From an uncultured Acidobacteriota bacterium (GTDB lineage: Bacteria > Acidobacteriota > Thermoanaerobaculia > Multivoradales > UBA5704), in the NCBI GenBank assembly GCA_963770895.1, contig CAVYRF010000001.1:672001-736000 (forward strand): a stretch of DNA of 64,000 bases. Direction: 5' to 3'. The position numbers and the translations under genes were made by a program. Position 1 is the stretch's first letter; each line of letters starts with the position of its first letter. Under the pieces are notes generated by a model that saw nothing but the letters and a program-made list of their open reading frames with translations, ran no database searches and was not told where the DNA came from. This document shows positions 10,004-20,865 of the stretch, in pieces.

Positions 10004-11844
10004 CCCGACACCCGAAGCAGCCAGACATCGCAGAACAGCAGGCCCTCCAGCCGCTGGGCACCCCCGCGCCGAAAGGTGCGCCGGATGACGCGTCGTCCAA
10101 CGCGGTGGACCAGGCGACGGCGAAAGGATTGGAAGGGTCTTCCGCAACAGCTCCCAAAGAGGCGTCAGATGAGGCGTCGTCAAACGCGGTGGACCGGGTG
10201 ACGGCGAAAGAATTGGAAGGGTCTTCCGCAACAGCGGCGGATGAGGCGGCGGGCAAATCGCCAGACGAGCCGTTACCAGAGGCAGCGGACAAGGCTTCCT
10301 CCGCGGCGTCGCAGGAGGTGCGCGGCGAGCCGTCGGCCGCGGCAGCGGCAGAAGCGCTGGACCAAGCGCCTGAAGCACCGGGCGCCGTAGCAGCGGCAGC
10401 GCCGGACGCGGAACCGGCCAAATCGGCGGGCGAGGGACCAGCGGAAGCGCCGGACGCGGGGCCGGCGGCAGCGGCGGAGCAGGAGCTGGCGGAAGCGGCA
10501 GATGCGGAACCGGCCGAAGCAGCGGGCGACGAACCGGCCGAAGCAGCGGGCGACGAACCGGCCGAAGCAGCGGGCGACGAACCGGCCGAAGCAGCGGGCG
10601 ACGAACCGGCCGACGCGGCGGGCGACGAACCGGCCGACGCGGCGGGCGACGAACCGGCCGACGCGGCGGGCGAGGGACCGGCCGACGCGGCGGGCGAGGG
10701 ACCGGCCGACGCGGCGGGCGAGGGACCGGCCGACGCGGCGGACCAGGAGCCGGTGGAAGTGGCGGATGCTGAGGCGCTGGACCAGGAGCTGGCAGAAGTG
10801 CCGGACCAGGAGCTGGCAGAGGCGGAGAGCGGGAGAGGCGGGACGGAGCGGGCGGAGATGGAAGCGACCATGGAAGCCATCCTGTTCGTGTCCTCCGAGC
10901 CCGTGCCGCGGTCGCGGCTGATCGACATGTTCGGGGGGCAGGGCGAACAGGCGGCGGAGGCGCTGGCAGCGGTGTTGGCGCGGTACCAGGGCGAGAGCGG
11001 GCGGGGCATCATGGTCGAAGACGTGGCGGGCGGCGTGCGGCTGGTGACGCGGCCAGAAACAGGGGCGTCGCTGCGGCGCTTCTTCGACGTGTCCGGCGGC
11101 AACAAGCTGTCGATGGCGGCGTTGGAAACCTTGGCGATCATCGCCTACCGCCAGCCCATCACCGGCCCCGAGATCCAGGAGCTGCGCAGCGTAAGTCCCG
11201 CGGGGGTGCTCAAAACCCTGCTCGAAAAGCGCCTGGTGCGCATCGCCGGGCGCAAGGAAGTGGTCGGCAAGCCGTTTCTGTACGCCACCACGCGGGAGTT
11301 CCTGGTCCACTTCGGCCTCAACAGCCTGCGCGACCTGCCGCCGCTCGAAGAGTTCGAAGAAACCTTTGGCGCCGCCGCCGGAGCTGGCGCCGCCCTGGGC
11401 GGGGACTTTGGCGCGCCGGCGGAAGACGACCTCTGGTCCAGCCAACCATCCGACGGCGTTCGCCCAGCCGGCGCGCTCGACGACGAGGATCGCGAAGAGC
11501 GCATCCTGCGCGAAGCCGCCGAGCTGGCCGATCGCGAAGCCGGCGCCGAGGAGCACACGCCGCCCGACCACGGCGCGAACGTCGGCGCTGCGCACACGCA
11601 GCACGACCACGGCGCGAACGTCGGCCCTGCGCACACGCCGCCCGACCACGGCGCGAACGTCGGCGCTGCGCACACGCAGCACGACTTCGGCGCCGGCGCC
11701 GGGGGGAACCACACGCAGCACGGCCACGTTGCCGGTGGCGGTGCCGGGCACGAGCAACACGACGCCGGCGCCGATGCCGCCGGCGAGGACCCCGCCGCCG
11801 CGTCGGGCGACGGTGATGACGAGGCGGAAGGGGAGGAGCCATGA
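10000..11844 (+). CDS. scpB: SMC-Scp complex subunit ScpB with long acidic N- and C-terminal extensions
   Basis: Core MEAILF...LSMAALETLAIIAYRQPIT...FGLNSLRDLP begins near 10858. ATG 10000 overlaps the scpA stop (ATGA); 10858 is an alternative start. Confidence 0.9.
   Translation: MTRHPKQPDIAEQQALQPLGTPAPKGAPDDASSNAVDQATAKGLEGSSATAPKEASDEASSNAVDRVTAKELEGSSATAADEAAGKSPDEPLPEAADKASSAASQEVRGEPSAAAAAEALDQAPEAPGAVAAAAPDAEPAKSAGEGPAEAPDAGPAAAAEQELAEAADAEPAEAAGDEPAEAAGDEPAEAAGDEPAEAAGDEPADAAGDEPADAAGDEPADAAGEGPADAAGEGPADAAGEGPADAADQEPVEVADAEALDQELAEVPDQELAEAESGRGGTERAEMEATMEAILFVSSEPVPRSRLIDMFGGQGEQAAEALAAVLARYQGESGRGIMVEDVAGGVRLVTRPETGASLRRFFDVSGGNKLSMAALETLAIIAYRQPITGPEIQELRSVSPAGVLKTLLEKRLVRIAGRKEVVGKPFLYATTREFLVHFGLNSLRDLPPLEEFEETFGAAAGAGAALGGDFGAPAEDDLWSSQPSDGVRPAGALDDEDREERILREAAELADREAGAEEHTPPDHGANVGAAHTQHDHGANVGPAHTPPDHGANVGAAHTQHDFGAGAGGNHTQHGHVAGGGAGHEQHDAGADAAGEDPAAASGDGDDEAEGEEP
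10507..10740 (+). repeat. 24-bp in-frame tandem repeat (~10 copies, EPA[E/D]AAG[D/E])
   Basis: GAACCGGCCGAAGCAGCGGGCGAC and variants recurring at a 24-bp period. Confidence 0.92.
11553..11686 (+). repeat. 39-bp in-frame repeat (HT[PP/QH]DHGANVG[A/P]A, ~3.5 copies)
   Basis: GACCACGGCGCGAACGTCGGC recurs three times at a 39-bp period in the scpB 3' end. Confidence 0.85.
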
Positions 11845-14810
11845 GCGAGGAGCGGTTGCAGAAGATCCTGGCGCGAGCCGGGGTGACCTCGCGGCGCAAG
11901 GCGGAAGAGCTGATCCGCGAAGGCCGGGTCACCGTCAACGGCCGCCAGGCGGAGATCGGCGACAAGGCCGACCCCGAACGCGACTGGGTGAAGCTCGACG
12001 ACCGGCGCATCCAGGCCCGCACCGGCGGCGTCCATCGCTACCTGCTGCTCAACAAGCCGCGCGGCGTCATGTCCACCGTCGCCGACCCCGCCGGCCGCAC
12101 CACCGTCATCGACATGGTGCCGCCGGCCCTGCGCCGCGGCCTGGCGCCGGTCGGCCGCCTGGACTTTCATACCGAAGGCCTGCTGCTGCTCACCGACGAC
12201 GGCGAGCTGGCGCAGCAGGTCGCCCATCCCTCCTTCGGCTGCTGGAAAACCTACGAAGTCAAGGTCAAGGGCCGCCCCCTCGCCGCCGATCTCGACCGCC
12301 TGCGCGAAGGCTTCGTGATCGACGGGCGCCGCACCGCCCCCTGCCGCATCACCGCCCTCGACCGCCGTCCGCCCCCCGCCGGCCGCCGCCGCGCCAGTCC
12401 CGAAGCCGACAATACCTGGTGGTCCGTCCAGCTCGGCGAAGGCCGCACGCGCCAGATCCGCGAGATGTTCCAGCGCATCGGCCACCCGGTGCGCAAGCTG
12501 CGCCGTGTCGCCATCGGCCCCGTCTCCGATCCCAACCTCCCCGTCGGCGCCCTGCGCGAGCTCAGCGAGCGCGAAGTCGCCGCCCTGCGCAAAGCCCGGC
12601 CCCCCGCGCCGCTCCCCGCCGCCGGCGCCCGGAGCAAGGCCCGCTCGGCCGCGGCGCGCCCCGCAGGCCCAGCCGATGCACAGCGCAAAGACCGCCCGTC
12701 CGGGCGCCCCCCCGCACCCACAGGTGCCGCCCAAAGCAAAGCCCGCCCAGCCGCGCCGCCCGCTGCTGGCGCAGGCGCCGCCCAACGAAAAGGCCGTCCG
12801 TCCGCGGCGTCCCCCGAAGCCCCAGAAGCCGCCAGCGCTCCAGGCCGCGCGCCCGGCCGTCGCGCGGGTGCCGGCGCCGCAAGCGCCAGCGCCGGCGCGT
12901 CCGATCCCTTCGACGACATGGATTTCACCGACTCGCCGCCGGAGCCGCGTCGCTTCAGCCAGCTGGACGCCGGCGACGATCAAGAACCCCTGCCGGACTA
13001 CATTCCGTACGCCGCCGAGGACGATCGAGATCCAGATTGGGCCGGCAGCGACCCCACGCCGCAAGCCAGCGACTCAGCTCTGCCTGACGGCGACGCTGGT
13101 TCGCCTGACTCAGGCGTTGGCGAGCCGCGTCGCTTCAGCCAGCTGGAGGCCGGCGACGATCAAGAATCCCTGCCAGACCCCAGTCCGTACGCCGCCGAGG
13201 ACGATCAAGATCCAGAATGGGCCGGCAGCTACCCCACGCCGCACGCCAGCGACTCAGATCTGCCTGACGGCGGCACTGGTTCGTCCGGCTCAGGCGCTGG
13301 CTCACGTGATGGCAGTGGCGGCTCGCATGGCGACGGCGGAGGACCGCGTCGCGGTAGCGCTGGTCCGCGTGGCCGCGGTGCTGACTCGCGCGGCGTAGGA
13401 GGTGGGCCGCGCGGAGGCGATGCTGATTCGCCTGGCGCAAGCGCTGGCTCGCGAGGCAGCAGCACCCGTCGTCCGCGTAATGAGGGCGGTGGTCCGCGTG
13501 GCGGTGCTGGTTCGCAAGGCGTGAGCGCTGGTTCGCGAGGTAGCAGCGGCCGTCCGCGTGATGAGGGCGACGGTCCGCGTGGCAGTGCAGGCTCGCGAGG
13601 TGTGGGCGGTGCGCGTAGCGGTGGCGCCGGTTCGCCTGGCGCAAGCGCTGGCTCACGACGTGGCAGCGCCCGCCCGCGTGGTGAAGGCGGTGGTCTACGT
13701 GGCAGCGCGGGCGCGCGCGTCGGTGGCGCTGGTTCACATGGCCCAAGCGCCCACCCGCGAGGTGACGGCGGAGATCCGCGTGGCAGCACTGGCTCGCGAA
13801 GAGTGAGCGGAGGTCCACGCGGCGGCGGCGCCGGCTCGCGTGGCGCAAGTGCTGGTTCGCGAGGCAGCAGCACCCGTCCGCGTAATGAGGGCGGTGGTCC
13901 GAGCGCGGGCTCGCGTGGCGTGGGCGACGGTCCGCGCGGCAGCGGCGGTGCTTCGCGAGGCGCAAGCGCTGGTTCGCGAGGCAGCAGCGTCCGCCCGCGT
14001 AATGACGGCGGTGGCCCGCGTGGCAGCGCTGGCTCGCGCGGCGTAGGCAGTGGTCCGCGCGGCAGCGGTGCTGGTTCACGTGGCGCAAGCGCTGATTCGC
14101 GAGGCAGCAGCACCCGCCCGCGTAGTGACGGCGGTGGTCCGCGTGGCACTGCTGGCTCGCGCGGCGTAGGCAGCGGTCCGCGTGGTGGCGGTGCTGGTTC
14201 ACGAGGCGCAAGCGCTGCTTCGCGAGGCAGCAGCACCCGCCCGCGTAGTGACGGCGGTGGTCCGCGTGGCACTGCTGGCTCGCGCGGCGTGGGCAGCGGT
14301 CCGCGTGGTGGCGGCGCTGGCTCGCGAAGCAACAGCCCCCGCCCGCGTGGTGACAGCGCCGGTCCGCGTGGCGTTGCCCCTCCGCGAGGTGGTGGCAGTG
14401 GTCCGCGTGCCAGCGGCGCCGGCCCGCGTAGCACAAGCGCTGGCTCGCGAAGCAGCAGCCCCCGTTCGCGTAATGACGGCGGCGGTCCGCGTGGTAGCGC
14501 TGGTCCGCGAGGCGCGGGCGCTGGTCCGCGTGGCGGCGCCGGTCCGCGCGGCGGCGGTGCCCGCCCGCGCGGCGTGGGTGGAGGATCGCGTGGTAGCAGT
14601 GCCGGCCCGCGTGGCGTCAGTGGTGGTCCGGGTGGCGGCAGTGCCGGATTGCGCGCCGGCAGCGCTGGTTCGAAGAGCCGCGGCACTGGTCCGCGGCGCG
14701 GCGGTGCCGGACCGCGTGGCGCTGGCGGGGGCGGGCCGCGCCGCAGCCCCGGGGGTGGCGGCCGGCCGGGGCGGAGCGGTGGCGGTGGGGCGCGGCGAGG
14801 GCGTGGGTAG
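11841..14810 (+). CDS. rluB: 23S rRNA pseudouridine synthase RluB-like with ~740-aa disordered C-terminus
   Basis: S4 domain [26 protein letters not shown], catalytic [12 protein letters not shown]. Conserved position scpB-rluB-cmk. Confidence 0.92.
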   Translation: MSEERLQKILARAGVTSRRKAEELIREGRVTVNGRQAEIGDKADPERDWVKLDDRRIQARTGGVHRYLLLNKPRGVMSTVADPAGRTTVIDMVPPALRRGLAPVGRLDFHTEGLLLLTDDGELAQQVAHPSFGCWKTYEVKVKGRPLAADLDRLREGFVIDGRRTAPCRITALDRRPPPAGRRRASPEADNTWWSVQLGEGRTRQIREMFQRIGHPVRKLRRVAIGPVSDPNLPVGALRELSEREVAALRKARPPAPLPAAGARSKARSAAARPAGPADAQRKDRPSGRPPAPTGAAQSKARPAAPPAAGAGAAQRKGRPSAASPEAPEAASAPGRAPGRRAGAGAASASAGASDPFDDMDFTDSPPEPRRFSQLDAGDDQEPLPDYIPYAAEDDRDPDWAGSDPTPQASDSALPDGDAGSPDSGVGEPRRFSQLEAGDDQESLPDPSPYAAEDDQDPEWAGSYPTPHASDSDLPDGGTGSSGSGAGSRDGSGGSHGDGGGPRRGSAGPRGRGADSRGVGGGPRGGDADSPGASAGSRGSSTRRPRNEGGGPRGGAGSQGVSAGSRGSSGRPRDEGDGPRGSAGSRGVGGARSGGAGSPGASAGSRRGSARPRGEGGGLRGSAGARVGGAGSHGPSAHPRGDGGDPRGSTGSRRVSGGPRGGGAGSRGASAGSRGSSTRPRNEGGGPSAGSRGVGDGPRGSGGASRGASAGSRGSSVRPRNDGGGPRGSAGSRGVGSGPRGSGAGSRGASADSRGSSTRPRSDGGGPRGTAGSRGVGSGPRGGGAGSRGASAASRGSSTRPRSDGGGPRGTAGSRGVGSGPRGGGAGSRSNSPRPRGDSAGPRGVAPPRGGGSGPRASGAGPRSTSAGSRSSSPRSRNDGGGPRGSAGPRGAGAGPRGGAGPRGGGARPRGVGGGSRGSSAGPRGVSGGPGGGSAGLRAGSAGSKSRGTGPRRGGAGPRGAGGGGPRRSPGGGGRPGRSGGGGARRGRG
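12942..14700 (+). repeat. RluB tail repeats: 2 x 180-bp acidic unit, then degenerate ~123-bp Gly/Arg/Ser units
   Basis: GAGCCGCGTCGCTTCAGCCAGCTG at 12942 and 13122. GAGGCAGCAGCACCCGCCCGCGTAGTGACGG at 14101 and 14224, plus many diverged copies. Confidence 0.85.
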
Positions 14811-14812
14811 GC

Positions 14813-15520
14813 GTGACGGCATCCAGCGCGGCGGCGGTGGTGGTGGCGATCGATGGGCCCTCTGGAGCGGGTAAGAGCACCGTGGCGCGGCGGCTGGCGC
14901 GGCGGTTGGGGGTGCCGTTCCTGGACACCGGCGCGATGTATCGCGCCGTGGGGCTGCGGGTGCTGCAGGAGGGCATGGACCCTGGCGACCGCGCCGCCGT
15001 CGAGGCGCTGGCGGCGCGAACCGACGTGACCCTGCGGGCGCGCGACGACGGCAGCTTCGAGGTGCTGCTGGAGGGGGCGCCGGTCGAAGCGCTCATCCGC
15101 ACGCCTGCGGTCGATGCGGCCAGCTCGACGGTCGCCACCCATCCGGCGGTGCGCCGGCGGCTGGTCGAGTTGCAGCGCGCGGCGGCGCGGCAGTTCGGGG
15201 GGGTGCTGGAGGGGCGCGACATCGGCTCGCGGGTCTTTCCTGACACGCCGCACAAGTTCTTCCTGGATGCGCGCCCCGAGGTCCGCGCCCAGCGTCGCCA
15301 CGACCAGCTGGCCGCCGCCGGGCGGCTGGTCCCGATCGAACAGATCCGCGACGAGATCCGCAGCCGCGACCAGCGCGACAGCACGCGTGCCGACTCGCCG
15401 CTGACGCGCGACGCCTCCTATACCTACCTGGACGCCTCCGACCTGGACGCCGACGCCATCGTCGATCGCCTCGCCACGCTCATCGCCCAGCGTGCGGCCG
15501 ACCCAGGGGAGAAGATATGA
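14813..15520 (+). CDS. cmk: Cytidylate kinase
   Basis: [30 protein letters not shown] motifs. Confidence 0.96.
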   Translation: MTASSAAAVVVAIDGPSGAGKSTVARRLARRLGVPFLDTGAMYRAVGLRVLQEGMDPGDRAAVEALAARTDVTLRARDDGSFEVLLEGAPVEALIRTPAVDAASSTVATHPAVRRRLVELQRAAARQFGGVLEGRDIGSRVFPDTPHKFFLDARPEVRAQRRHDQLAAAGRLVPIEQIRDEIRSRDQRDSTRADSPLTRDASYTYLDASDLDADAIVDRLATLIAQRAADPGEKI

Positions 15521-16134
15521 AGGGATCGCTCACCCGGAGCCCGGCCCGCACCGGTGCGATTCGAAACGCCTTCATGGACCACCTGGGTGGCTTGCGCGCC
15601 GGGGACATCGCTTGGGTGGCCGCGCCGCGCGTGCGGGCGCTTGCCGTGTTCCTTGGCTTGTCGGTCCTGCTGGCATCGTGCGGCGGCGGCCATGCGGGAC
15701 CCACCGCTCCCGCGGCGCAGGCGGAGATCGCCGGCACCTGGGATGTCACCTGGGCGCCGCAGGGCTCTCCCTTCGCGCTTGCGGGGCTGGGATTGATGAG
15801 CCAGAGCGGCGCCACGGCGAGCGGCACCCTGTCGCTCGCGGCGTTTCCCTTCTCGATCACGGGCCCGGTCACCGGGTCGTCGTATCAATGGCAGGCGCCG
15901 GATGGCGGCTGCGGCAGCTTCAAGGGCTCGGTGACGTTCAGCGGCCTCGCGCCCACGCAGATGAGCGGCACCGCCACCCTCGATACGACCGCCTGTTCTT
16001 CGGGCCAGGAGCTGCTGACCGGCGCGATCACCTGGATCAAGGCGTCCAACACCATCGAGTCGCGCCCCCTCGGCCGGCACCGCACCCTGGCCGGGCTGGT
16101 CGCGGCGCTCAAGGCAGCCGGCGGGCGGCAATAG
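15517..16134 (+). CDS. Putative lipoprotein
   Basis: Hydrophobic stretch ending in lipobox LLASC, followed by a beta-rich domain. Start is uncertain (15517 via ATGA overlap, or 15574). Confidence 0.6.
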   Translation: MKGSLTRSPARTGAIRNAFMDHLGGLRAGDIAWVAAPRVRALAVFLGLSVLLASCGGGHAGPTAPAAQAEIAGTWDVTWAPQGSPFALAGLGLMSQSGATASGTLSLAAFPFSITGPVTGSSYQWQAPDGGCGSFKGSVTFSGLAPTQMSGTATLDTTACSSGQELLTGAITWIKASNTIESRPLGRHRTLAGLVAALKAAGGRQ

Positions 16135-16356
16135 CGGGCGCCGCGCCGCGGATCGTCCGATCGCGCGCGAGCAGGGCACATCCGCGGCGCGATCGGTACA
16201 ATATCTTGATGAGATGGATGCTTCCGTGCGCAAGCGCCGCACCGTGACCTCCATCCTTTTGCCGCGCCCCGGCCAACCCGCCGCGGGGCGCGGTCCGGTG
16301 CCCAGGTTCCCCGCGCAATGCAGCGCGGCGGCCGGCGGGTGCGGAGAAAGCGCTCC

Positions 16357-17763
16357 ATGAAGAGACCTGCCTGGTCGACGCTGCTGCTGGCGGCGTTCGC
16401 GTTGTCGACGCTGGTACTGGCCGCTCCCTCCGCCGCCACGGCCGCGGCTCCTGGTTCCGAAGCCGGGTCTGCCATGCGGCTGGTGATCGACCGTGCCTGC
16501 TCGGCGGCGGTGCAGGCGACCAGCGGCGATGACGCGGCGGCGGCCCCCGCCGCCTCGTCGTCCTGCCTGGCATCGGCGATCGGCCGCAAGGTCCTGGCCG
16601 GCGACGTGGTGGAGTACAGCCTGCAGGTGCAGGTCGGCCCCGGCGAGCACGACATGATCGGCCTGCACCGGGTGGTGCGGGAGGTGGCGCCGTTCGTGCC
16701 GGTGCACGCGGGGCGGGCGCTGATGATGGCGCACGGCGATGCCTGGGGGTTCGACGCCGCCTTTCTGACCGGCCTGGTCTCCCCCGTTCCAGCGGCCCTG
16801 CCGGTCTTTCTGGCTCAGAACGGCATCGACGTGTGGGGGATCGACTTTCGCTGGACCCTGGTGCCCGCCACCACGACCAGCTTCACCTTCATGCAGACCT
16901 GGGGCATTGCGACCGACGCCGGCGACCTCGGCGTGGCGCTCGGGGTTGCCAGGCTGACCCGCCGCCTGACCGGCGACGGCAACGCCAAGCTCGACCTGCT
17001 GGGGTGGAGCCGCGGCGGCGAAACCGCCTACGTCTACGTGAACGCGGAGACCCAGGTGCCCGCCACCCTGCGCCAAGTCGGCGGCCTCATCCCGGTGGAC
17101 ATCTTCGTGCGCACCGACTCGGCAGACGTGCGCCAGGCTGCGTGCGCCCGCCAGGCCGCCGAGCAGGCGCTGTTCACCGCCGGCACCTTCGACAGCAATT
17201 CCGGCACGCTGTTCGCCACCTTGGGCAACCTGGCGATTGCAGCGCCGACCGCCGCGTCGCCCATCCTTGCCGGCCTGACCAACCAGCAGGCGGCGCTGCT
17301 CGCCGGCTCGGCGACCTATTCGCTGCTGCCGCCCGGCCAATCGTTCACGCCCTTCTACCACTTCGTCGCCGGCACCTTTGACGCCCAGGGTCTGCCCACG
17401 GGATTCACCTACACCCCGCAGCTGACCTGGTTCACCGAGCTGGCAGGCGCCGCCCCCTTCGAGCCCGAAAAGGTGCTGGCTGACGGCGACTCCTACGTCT
17501 GCGGCCAGGCCAGCCTGCCGACCGGCGACCACCTGGCGGAGATCACCCTCCCGGTCCTCTTCATCGGCGCCGGCGGCGGCGTCGGCCAATACGGCGTCTA
17601 CACCACCACCCTCCTGGGCAGCTCCGACATCACCATCCACATCGTCCAGCTGCAACCCACCTCAGCCCGCGCCCTCGATTTCGGTCACGTCGACATCTAC
17701 GACGCCGCCAACGCCCCCAGCCAGGTCTGGCAAACCATCCTGACCTGGATGCAAGCCCACTAA
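16357..17763 (+). CDS. Secreted alpha/beta hydrolase
   Basis: Signal peptide MKRPAWSTLLLAAF, HG oxyanion motif, DVWGIDFR, GWSRGG nucleophile elbow, FGHVD His. TACAAT upstream at 16197. Confidence 0.8.
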   Translation: MKRPAWSTLLLAAFALSTLVLAAPSAATAAAPGSEAGSAMRLVIDRACSAAVQATSGDDAAAAPAASSSCLASAIGRKVLAGDVVEYSLQVQVGPGEHDMIGLHRVVREVAPFVPVHAGRALMMAHGDAWGFDAAFLTGLVSPVPAALPVFLAQNGIDVWGIDFRWTLVPATTTSFTFMQTWGIATDAGDLGVALGVARLTRRLTGDGNAKLDLLGWSRGGETAYVYVNAETQVPATLRQVGGLIPVDIFVRTDSADVRQAACARQAAEQALFTAGTFDSNSGTLFATLGNLAIAAPTAASPILAGLTNQQAALLAGSATYSLLPPGQSFTPFYHFVAGTFDAQGLPTGFTYTPQLTWFTELAGAAPFEPEKVLADGDSYVCGQASLPTGDHLAEITLPVLFIGAGGGVGQYGVYTTTLLGSSDITIHIVQLQPTSARALDFGHVDIYDAANAPSQVWQTILTWMQAH

Positions 17764-18078
17764 CCCAGGCCCCACACCGCGTCAGGCCCGCCGATCTCGG
17801 TGCCACCGGCGCCAGCCCACAATCGCTGGCGCCGGTCCCTGGTGATCGTCGGGATCGTAAAGATCCAAGGCAGCTCCCCCCCGATGCGATGCCGCGGCGG
17901 CGCCGTTCAAGTTCCGGCTGGCACTGCCGCGGGGAAGCAAGGGCAGGCGGGAGGAATCCTCGCGGTGCTCCACTTCCAGGGCCGCGAGCCGCGGTGGCCG
18001 GCGGCTGCCGGATCGTCTGCTGGCTGGTCCTACGCCACCCACGAGGCGAGGCGCGCTGCGCAGGTGGGAGCTGGACCT

Positions 18079-19623
18079 TTAGTTGGCGACGGGTGTCAGG
18101 GATCCCGCGTCGAGATACAGCAGCCAGTCGATAGCCCAGGCGTAGTCGACCGGATAGCCCCACCAGTCGGGCAACGTCGCGCCGCCATCCACGGCCACGT
18201 CGAGGCGCGCGAGGAGTGCGGCCAGGACCGCGGCCGGCTCTTCCGCCGCTGCTGGCAGCGCCGGTGCCTGCGGCAGCGGCCTGCCGCCGGGGCGATAGAA
18301 GCGCGCCGTGCCGTCGGGTGCCAGCCGCAGCGAAAATCCCTCTTCGTGCACCGCGCGATGGTGGCGGCGGCACAGCAGCACCGTGTTGGCGAGGTTGGTG
18401 GCGCCGCCATCGGCCCAGGCCCGCACGTGATGGGCGTCGCACACCCGCCTGCCGCAGCCCGGAAAGCGGCAGCCGCCGTCGCGATGCTCCAGGGCGCGGC
18501 GCAGGGCGGGCGAGATGGCGCGGGTGCGGCGTCCGACGTCCAGCACGGCGCCGTCCGCGGCATGCCGCATCACCACCCGCGCCGCGTCGCAGGCCAGCCG
18601 CCGGCACGTTTCCGCGGAAACGTGGGTGCCGTCCGCCAGCCAGGACTCACCGGCGCCGCCGGCCGGCAGCGCTTCGGCATCGACGTGCACCACGACCTGG
18701 TAGCGGTCGCCGCGGCTGCCGGGATCGAGGCCCGCGGCCAGGGCGCTTTCCGCCACCAGGCCCAGGGCATCGGCGCGGCGCTGCTCCGGGGAGGTGTCGT
18801 CCGTATCGTCCGCCGCCGCCCCGTCGCCGGACAGCTGGCCGGTATGTGGACCGTAGAGCGCCGCACCGCCGGGCTGCTCGGTGTCGGACGCTGGGCTGGC
18901 GCCGGGCCGATCAAGGGTTTTGGCGCCGGACGGCGCACCGATGGCTGGGCTGTGGAGTGCTTCGGCACTGGCGCGTGCGGTGCTCGACGGCTGGCTGGCG
19001 CGAGGCCCGTAGAGCTTCTCGACGCCGGCGTCCAGGGCGCGGAGCAGCGCCGCTCCTGCTTCCGGCGCCAGACGCCCGGTCACCACCACCATGCCGTCCT
19101 GGTCGGTGTAGGCACGCAGGTAGCGCGAGGCATGGCGGCGGCGTTCGTCTTCGCCCGCCGCCAGCCGGTTGACGCGCCGCATGCCGCGCACCAGCCGCTC
19201 GACGTGAGCGGCCGTCCCCGCGCGTCCGAAGGTCAGCAGGTAGTCTTCGTTGGCTGGTGTGGCGATGCGGGTCAGGGCGCGCACCTTGGAATAGGAAAGC
19301 TCGCCGCGGCGCATCGCCGCCGCCAGGTGTGGCAGGGCGCCGAGCGCGCGCGCCACGCGCAGCTTTTCGCGCGCCGCTCCGACGTCGAGCCCGACGCGCC
19401 AGCACAGCCAGTGGGCGCAGGATAGAAAGCCGCTGTTCCAGCCGCCCTGCTCGTCGAATTCGCGCAGCATGACCAGCAGCTCGTAGGTGGCCGCCGAGAT
19501 CTGCGCCGACAGCAGGGCTATGCGTTCGCCGAGCTGCTCGAGCCGAGCACGTTGCTGCGCCTCTCCCACCGCGCTTTCGATCGCTGTGGAAACCATTTGA
19601 TCCGCTTCATGATCCGGTGTCAT
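18079..19623 (-). CDS. DUF222 domain + HNH endonuclease (13E12-repeat-like)
   Basis: SCAHWLCWR, GELSYSKVRALTR, RRLACDA, RDGGCRFPGC, DAHHVRAWADGG.TNLANTVLLCRRHH. Confidence 0.9.
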   Translation of the reverse strand: MTPDHEADQMVSTAIESAVGEAQQRARLEQLGERIALLSAQISAATYELLVMLREFDEQGGWNSGFLSCAHWLCWRVGLDVGAAREKLRVARALGALPHLAAAMRRGELSYSKVRALTRIATPANEDYLLTFGRAGTAAHVERLVRGMRRVNRLAAGEDERRRHASRYLRAYTDQDGMVVVTGRLAPEAGAALLRALDAGVEKLYGPRASQPSSTARASAEALHSPAIGAPSGAKTLDRPGASPASDTEQPGGAALYGPHTGQLSGDGAAADDTDDTSPEQRRADALGLVAESALAAGLDPGSRGDRYQVVVHVDAEALPAGGAGESWLADGTHVSAETCRRLACDAARVVMRHAADGAVLDVGRRTRAISPALRRALEHRDGGCRFPGCGRRVCDAHHVRAWADGGATNLANTVLLCRRHHRAVHEEGFSLRLAPDGTARFYRPGGRPLPQAPALPAAAEEPAAVLAALLARLDVAVDGGATLPDWWGYPVDYAWAIDWLLYLDAGSLTPVAN

Positions 19624-19927
19624 CCTACGCCTCCCATCGCCTTGCCATCGATTGTAAACCCATGATTTTTCAGCTCGCAGGAGGCCGTGGGCGGGCCGAT
19701 CGGAGAAGCGCGAAGGGGCGCGGGAGCCTGGCTGCCAGATCCCGCTCGTAGACCCCGCTTGCGCGCCAATCGATGCCATTCCTGCGCGGACCTGAGAAAG
19801 CGCGCGCAGCGGTCCGGAAAAGCTTGTCAAGAGGGGGCGGCGATTTTGTGTGAGCTGCAACTATTGGCCTGTCCTGTTCGAATCGAAAGCGCCTGGCTTG
19901 CCCTCGACGGCGGGGGCGGCGTTGCTC

Positions 19928-20005
19928 CCTGCCGGGAGTGCCGGGTCAGGCGACAGCCCCGGCCGACCTGCCGGGAGTGCCAGGACAGGCGACAGCCCCG
20001 GCCGC
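19928..20005. repeat. 39-bp intergenic direct repeat x2
   Basis: CCTGCCGGGAGTGCCRGGWCAGGCGACAGCCCCGGCCG at 19928 and 19967. Confidence 0.8.
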
Positions 20006-20447
20006 CTCCTCGACATAGTCTCGGCTATGCCTGCGTCGGCGCGCCTGGCCCGCGCCGCCGAATGGCGGCGCCATCCGCTTTCGAATTCTCCAGGACAGGC
20101 CACTATTCCGCGCGAGAGCGCGCCGGCCGGCCGGCGCTGGCGACGATGAGGACGCCCCCGCCGTTCCGGCCCCGCCAGCGACGCCAAGCCTCTGACGCGG
20201 GAGAGGCGGGCAGGAGCGATTCCGGTGGCCTTAGTTGCGCCGCGCCCCCCCGCTTCAAGGTCGTTCTGATGCCTGGCGTGATCTTGCCGTGGGGGCACGG
20301 CGCGGGGGGCATTCTGCGGCCGTCGGCGGCGGGCGCCGGTGCGGAGTGGGCTTGACCGCAGGATCGCGCGGGCGCCCGGCAGCGCCCGGCGGCCTTGCCG
20401 GACCGGGCTCCCGGTACGAGTGAGCCCATGGGGACCTTGTGCCAGGG

Positions 20448-20456
20448 TGGTAGGCT
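20448..20456 (+). promoter_or_regulatory. Putative extended -10 (TGgTAGGCT) for a leaderless MNT-HEPN transcript
   Basis: The hexamer ends 7 nt before GTG 20464, and no RBS is visible. Confidence 0.45.
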
Positions 20457-20463
20457 TGGCGAC

Positions 20464-20865
20464 GTGGACGTGCTCCTTGCTACCGTGACCGCTCTTCGTG
20501 GAGCGCTGGCGGACCGGCGCGACGTCGAGCTTGTGCTGCTCTTCGGCTCCGTTGCCCGCGGGAGGGCGCGTCCAGACTCCGATGTCGATGTGGCGGTCTT
20601 GGGACTCCGCCTCGACCTCCTGGCCTTGGCTGCCGACCTGGCCGACGCCGTCAAGGGCGAAGTCGATGTCGTCGATCTTGCCCGTGCGGGATATCCCTTG
20701 ACACAGGCCTTGCTGCGAGACGCCATCGTCGTGCACGAAGGTAGCTATGGAGCGGCTGCGCGTTGGCGAACGCGGGCAATTGTCGAAACCGAAACCGACC
20801 GGCCCTGGTTCGAACGCATGCAGGATGCCTATCTCAAGCGCCTCGCGCAAGGCGACCATGGTTGA
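20464..20865 (+). CDS. mntA: Minimal nucleotidyltransferase (MntA-type antitoxin)
   Basis: LFGSVARG...SDVDVAV (GS-x10-DxD) and EVDVVDL motifs. Overlaps the HEPN gene. Confidence 0.88.
   Translation: MDVLLATVTALRGALADRRDVELVLLFGSVARGRARPDSDVDVAVLGLRLDLLALAADLADAVKGEVDVVDLARAGYPLTQALLRDAIVVHEGSYGAAARWRTRAIVETETDRPWFERMQDAYLKRLAQGDHG

Noticed and set aside
10507-10740. Regular short repeats as a CRISPR array (also 4668-4769 and 11553-11686)
   Set aside because: Units are contiguous with no unique spacers, are multiples of 3 and in frame in proteins, and there are no cas genes.
17800-19425. 541-aa plus-strand ORF
   Set aside because: Antisense to the DUF222-HNH gene, with no recognisable domain.
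18079-19623. IS element or transposase call for the HNH gene
   Set aside because: No DDE/HUH motif, terminal inverted repeats or target duplication were found by eye.
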